Source: a virus
Lineage: Duplodnaviria > Caudoviricetes
Direction: 5' to 3' (one strand)
IMG/VR virus record: IMGVR_UViG_3300031555_001562
Length of the DNA: 64,000 bases
Below the pieces are notes generated by a model. The model did no database searches and was not told the origin of the DNA. It saw only the letters and a list, made by a program, of their open reading frames with translations. Every line of letters starts with the position of its first letter. The first letter of the stretch is position 1. A program made the translations under genes and the position numbers. Shown here one piece after another: positions 57,861 through 64,000 of this stretch.

Positions 57861-60092
57861 TTAGATCAACTGACCCATGAAATAGTCGCAGTCAAGCGCA
57901 GTAACGATCTGACAATCCTTCGGCAGCTCAACGGTATGTTTATGCCCGGTAGCCTGATCCTGAATCTCAACATCGACAATCGGCTTCTCCGTGTCGTTGC
58001 TGAAGATTACATCAGCCTCTTCTCTGCTGGATACGATATTGCCTCTGGCCTTAGCGTTCAGCATAATCAGATCATACAGGTTGGGCTTATTCAGGTTCAC
58101 CATCGCATAACAAGTTGCGATAACGTTGTTCATGTTACTTTCCAGATTGATACCACCATAATGGCTACCAACGGAATTCATGGACAGATTCATATCGCAC
58201 CAGACGAACTTGCGCTCGTAGATATCGAAGATCACGGGGATCGCAACGGTGCTTTCTGCGTTCAGATCGATCTTCATCTCCACAGTGGAAGGTTCGAAGA
58301 TCTCGCCGGAGTTGACATCCTCACGCTCCATCCAACCAAAGCGGCAGTTTGGTATCTTGCCGAAATTGATATCACAGTAGCTATACACCTGGAACACAAT
58401 GTATCTTGCATCCAGATCATTTGCACGTTCGATGTCGATATCGATAAATTCAGCAGCACCAGCACCATCAGGTATTCCACCGTTTACAATGTCACCAGAA
58501 TGACACATATTAAACTTGTGGGAGCGCAGATTAGTATAGGAAACATGTTCCATATATCCCCAGTTTGCATCAAAGACGGTTGCGGACAAATCAATGTCTA
58601 CACTATCAGTCCAATCGTCTTCGCCAACATTCGTCCACCAGATAAATGCACGAACTGCGGTTGCGGCATCATTGACGGGAAGCTTGCTTCCACGAACAAC
58701 GATCTTGTTGGACTTGCTTGTGCTTCTCTGGCTGAAAGGCACGAGATAGTTCTTCATGCACTCGTCAATATAGACGTTGCCCATGAACTCACGTTCCTTA
58801 TACTGGCTCATCAGAGCATTGTCGCAGATCTTAACGATAGCATCACAATACTTCTGGTCAATGCCAGGAAGCTCGTTTTTCACATGCATAGCACGTGCCA
58901 GATTGCCCTTGGGGAAGAACACTCTGATAGGCGGCAGATTGTTGCGGTGGATGAAATGCTGTCTGACTTGCAAAAGAACATTGGTGGAAACATTTTCAGC
59001 GATGTTGTTGAAGCAGTTCACCACATAATTCTTGTTGTCAGAATCACGCAGAACCTTATCCAGCTGCCGTGCGAAGTCGCCAGGTCTGTACATCAGCAGA
59101 TCAGAAGCCAGCTTCATGTCGCCTCTCTTGATTGCACTCTGGATCTGTCCAGGCAAGAACATGGGCTTAGTGCCGTTGCGGAGATTGTCAAATGCCTTAT
59201 TGACATTTACATATCTCTTGCTCTTGTAAGTACCAGGATGCACAATCTCACCCACACGAATCCACTCGTACTGATAACGATACATATCCTCTAGGATATC
59301 ACCGCAGCCAGCAAGCAGATCCATTACCATGCGGCGCTCACAGCGTCTCATATGCTTGAATTGTGTTGTGCTTGCCAGACTGATATCGCCGCCGGAAATA
59401 GCCACAACGAATCTCAAAACATCAGTTGCAGTCTTGAAGTACTTCTGGATTGCCCCCGAATTCTTGATCGCTGCCTTATTTGCGATGATCTTTGCGACCA
59501 AAGCCACATTTTCCTTCAGAGGAATCTCATCTGGCAGATAATTGTAGAAATCTGCGTAGTTTTCTACGATTTTCTCAACGTCCTCCCGATCCTGGGGTGA
59601 AATAGACGTTTTGCTGCCCAAAATGTTCTGGAAAATGCCGAAAACATCGGTAACTTGCCCCAAAGATAAAACAGTCATTTTATCGGCATCAAACAGGGGC
59701 ATGCGCAGATCTTTTTCGTACTCAGGCATCAGAGTGCCGGAAGTTACGTAATGCACGATGGCATTGAAGAACAGCTCAATGTCGGATGCTTCCATGACTT
59801 GCTGAGGGAAGTTGGGATACATAGGATTGTACTCAACATCTGCTCCGACGAGCGCCTTCAGCTTAGGCAGAAGATCCTTGTAGAACTCTTCGATGTCAGG
59901 CTTGGTATATGTAAACAGAACATCCAAAACGTCACTGGAAAACACGAATCCAAGGGATGCAATGTTCTTCATCATGGCGGCGATCATGGCCTTTTCAGTT
60001 CTGCCCACTGCATTTTCATTCTGGTTCTTTGCGATGGTCAGCTTATGCTTTCTACGCAGCAGAACCTCGTCGATAGTATTGGTATAAGACAT
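57861..60092 (-). CDS. Large helical protein with C-terminal TerD domain (candidate Ro/TROVE-like RNA-binding protein)
   Basis: C-terminal DIDLSA, HSGDI, GAAEFIDI are TerD motifs; N-terminal about 450 aa looks helical; Ro-likeness is inferred from context. Confidence 0.75.
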   Translation of the reverse strand: MSYTNTIDEVLLRRKHKLTIAKNQNENAVGRTEKAMIAAMMKNIASLGFVFSSDVLDVLFTYTKPDIEEFYKDLLPKLKALVGADVEYNPMYPNFPQQVMEASDIELFFNAIVHYVTSGTLMPEYEKDLRMPLFDADKMTVLSLGQVTDVFGIFQNILGSKTSISPQDREDVEKIVENYADFYNYLPDEIPLKENVALVAKIIANKAAIKNSGAIQKYFKTATDVLRFVVAISGGDISLASTTQFKHMRRCERRMVMDLLAGCGDILEDMYRYQYEWIRVGEIVHPGTYKSKRYVNVNKAFDNLRNGTKPMFLPGQIQSAIKRGDMKLASDLLMYRPGDFARQLDKVLRDSDNKNYVVNCFNNIAENVSTNVLLQVRQHFIHRNNLPPIRVFFPKGNLARAMHVKNELPGIDQKYCDAIVKICDNALMSQYKEREFMGNVYIDECMKNYLVPFSQRSTSKSNKIVVRGSKLPVNDAATAVRAFIWWTNVGEDDWTDSVDIDLSATVFDANWGYMEHVSYTNLRSHKFNMCHSGDIVNGGIPDGAGAAEFIDIDIERANDLDARYIVFQVYSYCDINFGKIPNCRFGWMEREDVNSGEIFEPSTVEMKIDLNAESTVAIPVIFDIYERKFVWCDMNLSMNSVGSHYGGINLESNMNNVIATCYAMVNLNKPNLYDLIMLNAKARGNIVSSREEADVIFSNDTEKPIVDVEIQDQATGHKHTVELPKDCQIVTALDCDYFMGQLI

Positions 60093-60112
60093 AGTAACTC
60101 TCCTTGTCTGTC

Positions 60113-60183
60113 CCGGAAATTATGGCAGCTGTAACCAAGTCATATTTTATATATAGAATAGAAGGATGCTGCCATATAGCCGG
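60113..60183 (-). ncRNA. Y-RNA-like scaffold, copy 4
   Basis: CCGG-CUA-UAUGGCAGC-AUCCUUCUA-[29 nt]-GCUGCCAUA-AUUU-CCGG. Confidence 0.7.
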
Positions 60184-60189
60184 TTGATT

Positions 60190-60268
60190 GCGGAAACTTT
60201 GAAATCGAAAAACAATCCACGTTTAATAGGAGTCGAACCTAAATAGAAGGATGATTTCAAATAGCCGC
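60190..60268 (-). ncRNA. Y-RNA-like scaffold, copy 5, with T-arm hairpin
   Basis: GCGG-CUA-UUUGAAAUC-AUCCUUCUA-[insert with UAGG UUCGACU CCUA]-GAUUUCAAA-GUUU-CCGC. Confidence 0.7.
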
Positions 60269-60495
60269 TATACTAATTTACTTGTGATTGTTAGCTCGTA
60301 TCCAAACTCAAGCTTCTTCACGGTTATACTCAAGTCAGATATTAGGTCAAAAAGGTTGTTCAGCAAACGATGCAGATTTACATCCTAGCTTACACCATAC
60401 GTGATGGTCATTTCATCTGTTTCAATAGGTGTAGTACGTTCTTGATCTACGATCTTCTGATAGATCTTTCCAGTTGTAAAATCTGTCTTGTCCAT
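60268..60495 (-). pseudogene. 76-codon ORF with in-frame TAG at 60385-60387
   Basis: MDKTDF...YGVS*DVNLHR...SKLV*; the frame stays open after the TAG. Confidence 0.4.
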
Positions 60496-60496
60496 A

Positions 60497-61363
60497 CTAA
60501 ACTTCCTTTCCGGTGATAAAGTCAATCATTTCTGTGTTGATCGATTGCGCTTCTTTTGTTTCCGGATAAAGCGCATTGAAAGCATGTTCAAACCCATCAT
60601 CGTCAAGATAAACGATGTCAAACGGATTTATGAACAAACCGTTGAAAAACATGTCTCTTGTATACTTATATTTGAAGTCATCTTTGGATGTAGAAAGAAT
60701 GCACCTTGGCATCAGGGAAATAACCATCTCCGGATGACTCAAATACCGATACAAATACTTGTATTTCTTCTTGCAGTCTTTGCCGTAGAAGAGACGGCTC
60801 ATAAACAGGCCAACATCATCAAATCTGGTTGTGTAGAACATTCCGCTCTGAAATGCAACACCCAGAATTTCTGGATCATCCGCCGATTGTTGAACTCCGA
60901 ATAATCTTGCGATACGCTCACTCTTTTGGCAAGCGATTGCATACATTGCCAGCAAAGCTCCGGCGCTGTCAGCCATTATGTAGAATTTCTTGTTTGATGG
61001 AACACGTCTTGAGACCTCACGCATGCCATTGACAACATCATGAACCTGATCCATCATAAGAACCTCTGGAACAAGACGATATTCAATTGCGCATACATCA
61101 AACCCCTGTTTTGCTACCCAGGCATTCAGCCATTGATTTTGTGCATTATCTCCCATAATAAGACCGCCACCATGAATATTAATCATTACACGGTCTGTCT
61201 CTGTTGGACATGCGAATTTATCAACAAACTGTCTTGGATGTTTGCCATAAGCAAATCGCCAAATGTCGATGTCAGTAACTTCTCCAAGTTCCTGAATACG
61301 CTTTGCGGTCTGCTTATCCAGTTCTTCTCTCTTTTGTGCTACGATTTTGTCTGCGAAACCCAT
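60497..61363 (-). CDS. Alpha/beta hydrolase (HSL-like esterase)
   Basis: IHGGG, EYRL.PE, ADSAG nucleophile elbow, EHAF. Confidence 0.85.
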   Translation of the reverse strand: MGFADKIVAQKREELDKQTAKRIQELGEVTDIDIWRFAYGKHPRQFVDKFACPTETDRVMINIHGGGLIMGDNAQNQWLNAWVAKQGFDVCAIEYRLVPEVLMMDQVHDVVNGMREVSRRVPSNKKFYIMADSAGALLAMYAIACQKSERIARLFGVQQSADDPEILGVAFQSGMFYTTRFDDVGLFMSRLFYGKDCKKKYKYLYRYLSHPEMVISLMPRCILSTSKDDFKYKYTRDMFFNGLFINPFDIVYLDDDGFEHAFNALYPETKEAQSINTEMIDFITGKEV

Positions 61364-61389
61364 AGATATGCTTCCTTATGTAAAATGTG

Positions 61390-61465
61390 TGGTGCGCCAG
61401 AAGGGATTCGAACCCCCGACCCACGCCTTAAAAGGGCGCTGCTCTACCAACTGAGCTACTGGCGC
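61390..61465 (-). tRNA. tRNA-Lys(TTT)
   Basis: GCGCC-CTTTTAA-GGCGT, CCA. Confidence 0.95.
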
Positions 61466-61469
61466 ATAT

Positions 61470-61697
61470 TTAGTTCTTGTAATCAATGATCTTATCAAAA
61501 TCCAGTGGATTATCTGCGACAGATAATTTCTCATATCCACCTGACACAACTAGCCAAAGAGTGAACTTCTCTTTGATTGGATTGTTTGTTATCAGATATT
61601 CTTTTCCGGACTTCGTTTTACAACCCGTTCTAGCTCCCGTCTCAGATGACGGAATAGATTTTACGATTGTTGACTTATCTGATTTCTTCTTTGCCAA
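61470..61697 (-). CDS. Hypothetical protein
   Basis: 75 aa, TTG start with GGGAG RBS. Confidence 0.6.
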   Translation of the reverse strand: MAKKKSDKSTIVKSIPSSETGARTGCKTKSGKEYLITNNPIKEKFTLWLVVSGGYEKLSVADNPLDFDKIIDYKN

Positions 61698-61719
61698 TTG
61701 AATTTCTCCCGTATCTATG

Positions 61720-62415
61720 TAAAGGAACCTAACAGCGCAATCTACTGCCTTACACAGTTGCTTTTGCCCAATAGTGTTTTCAGTGCGTCGGACTCATTCG
61801 ACTGTACCCAGCTATCGCCAACAGCCAGCTATAGCCCCAAATATCTAACTTATTGGTCTCATGGTTACTGGTTTGTTCCACTCGCTTACTGGAAACCATT
61901 TTTCAGCTTGTGCCGGAGTCAGATCCGGCCTCGCTTACGCACATGGGCGAACCAACGAGCGTAGTCCAATATGTACGATCTCTCGCAATACTGCCTATGC
62001 GACGGCCTAGCTATCACCGCCATGTGGACTGTCCGCACGAGCATTTCGTCTACTTCGGGATGTCTCCCTCACGTCTAATACTCTAATCCCTTTGTGCAGC
62101 ACTATACTAAGATCGGATATGCTGCCGTTACCGAAATAGCTTTTCGGGCATCCCCAGGTAATTTCTAACCTTTTTTGGAATCTTTCACTCTTCCATCAGC
62201 ACGGTTTACCAACCCTGACAGACTCGCCATCTGCCGTACTCACATCTATGGGCGTAATCGATATATCCTATAAACATGATCCAATACGCACGATTTCTCG
62301 CAGTATTGCCTTTGCAAGCTCATGCACCTAGCGCTCGGCATCAGAACTTGTACCCTCGTCACCATCGACCTTTCGGTATGGCGCTCTCAGGAGGCTACCC
62401 TTTTGAGGCATGATT
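61720..62415 (-). ncRNA. Candidate large structured RNA (about 700 nt)
   Basis: No minus-strand ORF of 60 aa or more; several GNRA hairpins; duplicated 31-nt hairpin with compensatory changes; follows tRNA-Tyr. Confidence 0.6.
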
Positions 62416-62430
62416 TAATCTTCACTTATT

Positions 62431-62536
62431 TGGTGAGACAGGATAGGATTCGAACCTACGAAGCGTCTAACTACCTAGGATCCTGTGCGACGCACGGTTT
62501 TACAGACCGCCCGTTTGACCACTTCGGCACTGTCTC
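62431..62536 (-). tRNA. tRNA-Tyr(GTA) with oversized variable arm
   Basis: GCGGT-CTGTAAA-ACCGT; 106 nt; CCA. Confidence 0.85.
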
Positions 62537-62540
62537 ATAT

Positions 62541-62616
62541 TGGCAGGAGAGGAAGGATTCGAACCCTCGTTGATGATTTTGGAGACCATAGTCCTAGGCC
62601 ACTAAACGACTCTCCT
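62541..62616 (-). tRNA. tRNA-Trp(CCA)
   Basis: ATGGT-CTCCAAA-ATCAT, CCA. Confidence 0.92.
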
Positions 62617-62620
62617 GTAT

Positions 62621-62706
62621 TGGCGGAACGCAGTGGACTCGAACCACATACCTTTCAGTACCAACCGATTAGCAGTCGGAGCCAGTACCTCACTGGTTTA
62701 CGTTCC
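62621..62706 (-). tRNA. tRNA-Ser(GCT), 8/4 cloverleaf
   Basis: 8-bp acceptor GGAACGTA/TGCGTTCC, 4-bp T stem, 5-bp D stem, G73, CCA. Confidence 0.85.
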
Positions 62707-62709
62707 ATA

Positions 62710-62784
62710 TGGCTGCCCCGGCTGGTTTCGAACCAGCGAATACGAGAGTCAAAGTCTCGTGCCTTACCGCTTGGCTACGGGGCA
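62710..62784 (-). tRNA. tRNA-Gln(TTG)
   Basis: CGAGA-CTTTGAC-TCTCG, CCA. Confidence 0.95.
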
Positions 62785-62832
62785 ATATATACATTGCACC
62801 TACCCTCCCGATTCTCCAAGTAGGACATCCAC

Positions 62833-63474
62833 TCACGGCAGTCCGTTATATCTGCCGTCGTTAAGGAATCGCAAGAACGTGGACATGGCTAATCCCTTTA
62901 TTGCGTTTGTTTCTTCTACAACTGCAACATATGTCCATCCGATTCCGTACATCATTAGGATTGCGTTCATGATGGATGGCAATGCGGCAGGAAGCAGTAT
63001 CTCGAAAATGATCTCATGTTTTTTCATTCCGATTGATCTGCCAGTATCGATCAGGTCTTGTGGTACTTCCTGAAGACAATTGACCGTAGATGGCAAAACA
63101 TATACGAATGTTGCGATGAACAGGAACGAGATCTTCATTGTTTCATCAATGCCGAACCAGAGGATCAGCAGCGGTGAAAAAGCTGTTACAGGGATATACC
63201 GCATGGCAGAAACAATCGGAGAAATCATATCGTTCAGTGTTTTGCTTGAGCATATCAGCAATGCCAGCGGAACTGCAATTCCGGTTGCCAGCAGAGTGGC
63301 GGTCGAAATTCTGTTGAAAGAATAGATCAGACCTGGGATCAGCTGATCCGTTTCGATCAGGCCAATCAATGCTTCCCATACAGACGCTGGTGACGGAACA
63401 AACAGCGGAGTTGTCATCGTTGAACCGATTTGCCATACGATCAGTAGGATCAAGACTCCTAATACCTTCTTCAC
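62833..63474 (-). CDS. ABC transporter permease (NitT/TauT type), probably C-terminally truncated
   Basis: PSP..V, RYIP.TA..PLLILWFGI.E..K, EAA-like loop, LPAALP.I; GTG start with GGAGG; lacks the last TM segment. Confidence 0.8.
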   Translation of the reverse strand: MKKVLGVLILLIVWQIGSTMTTPLFVPSPASVWEALIGLIETDQLIPGLIYSFNRISTATLLATGIAVPLALLICSSKTLNDMISPIVSAMRYIPVTAFSPLLILWFGIDETMKISFLFIATFVYVLPSTVNCLQEVPQDLIDTGRSIGMKKHEIIFEILLPAALPSIMNAILMMYGIGWTYVAVVEETNAIKGLAMSTFLRFLNDGRYNGLP

Positions 63475-63501
63475 TTTTTCACCTCCGTGTTTAGTTTTGT
63501 T

Positions 63502-63592
63502 TGGCGGACGGGGTGGGATTCGAACCCACGGTGGAGCAAGCCCCATCACTGGTTTTCAAGACCAGCTCCATAAACCGCTCGGACACCCGTCC
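63502..63592 (-). tRNA. tRNA-Ser(TGA)
   Basis: CTGGT-CTTGAAA-ACCAG, long variable arm, CCA. Confidence 0.95.
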
Positions 63593-63625
63593 GTGTTATA
63601 TTCCGATTTGTTGGGTCTACTTTTG

Positions 63626-63972
63626 AATCAAGCTGTTGAGCCATAGGTCTCACACCTATGGGAGTGATGGTTGGATTTGGCTGCGCAAACCTTACCAACG
63701 GTCTTTTCACCTTCGATGACCAATCTTTTAACCTTTGTTTACATCACTTTTTCACACAGATCACTTTTAAGAGACTTTCTTTTTGTTCACACTCAGAAGA
63801 TTCGAACTCCAACCGCCCAATACCCTTTGGGCAGCTCTGCCCCTTGAGACTTATCGTTGTGCTAATCTCTGCCACACCGGACTGATCGTTGTACATCCGA
63901 TGCTTTGTCCGGCCTGTACATTGTGGCATAATCTGTGAGGATCTTTACTCACCACTCAACCGCTCCTTGATT
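63626..63972 (-). ncRNA. Candidate structured RNA (about 350 nt) with paired ends
   Basis: Starts just after TG-a-TATAAT (63981-63986); 5' AAUCAAG..GUUGAG pairs with 3' CUCAAC..CUUGAUU; internal T-loop hairpin. Confidence 0.5.
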
Positions 63973-64000
63973 ACAAGAGGATTATATCACATTTATCTCC

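Noticed and set aside
54400-59294. Long plus-strand ORFs 54400-55848 and 57936-59294 (also 35487-36602 and 2323-3078)
   Set aside because: Antisense shadows of codon-biased minus-strand genes; no recognisable motifs.
57465-60268. CRISPR array interpretation of the repeated TAGAAGGATG units
   Set aside because: The repeats conserve pairing rather than sequence, inserts vary from about 30 to 100 nt, and no cas genes are present.
60385-60387. Genome-wide TAG recoding
   Set aside because: Long genes are intact in the standard code, TAG ends genes normally (e.g. 50930), and no suppressor tRNA is present in the window.
63626-63972. RNase P RNA or tmRNA
   Set aside because: A GGUGAAAAG..GGUAAG stretch and a T-loop are suggestive, but the RNase P P4 signature (GAGGAAAGUCC) and a tmRNA alanyl acceptor stem were not found.

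Overview
This window is the early/replication arm of a large temperate phage or prophage of a Firmicute, probably Clostridia (inferred from gene content and perfect sigma-A promoters). Almost everything is on the minus strand. The left end carries a 3' half of tRNA-Trp (att core) next to an excisionase. Moving right: nucleotide metabolism (dut, nrdG, nrdD, thyX); a PARP and a macrodomain; replication/recombination (dnaE, primase, DnaB, SSB, Sak); a DNA-modification island (radical SAM, SAM synthetase, several methyltransferases); an RNA-repair operon (RNA ligase, CCA enzyme, RlaP-type nucleotidyltransferase) under an ImmR/ImmA-type switch; ligA; many small ORFs; and 13 tRNA genes interspersed with large non-coding segments. 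No structural genes, integrase or CRISPR array are visible. Two things stand out. (1) Five copies of a covarying RNA scaffold flank a 743-aa helical+TerD gene; one copy carries a circularly permuted tRNA mimic and another a T-arm, suggesting a Y-RNA-like ribonucleoprotein system with interchangeable cargo. (2) A split, circularly permuted C5-methyltransferase has its target-recognition domains as a string of separate mini-ORFs. Seven G5/C5 runs in DNA-modification genes each break the frame and are each repaired by +1 nt. Also notable: three candidate large structured RNAs, an 8/4-type tRNA-Ser, a stand-alone HigA-like antitoxin peptide, and a complete ADP-ribose write/erase toolkit. All calls were made by eye from motifs; no database searches or folding programs were run.
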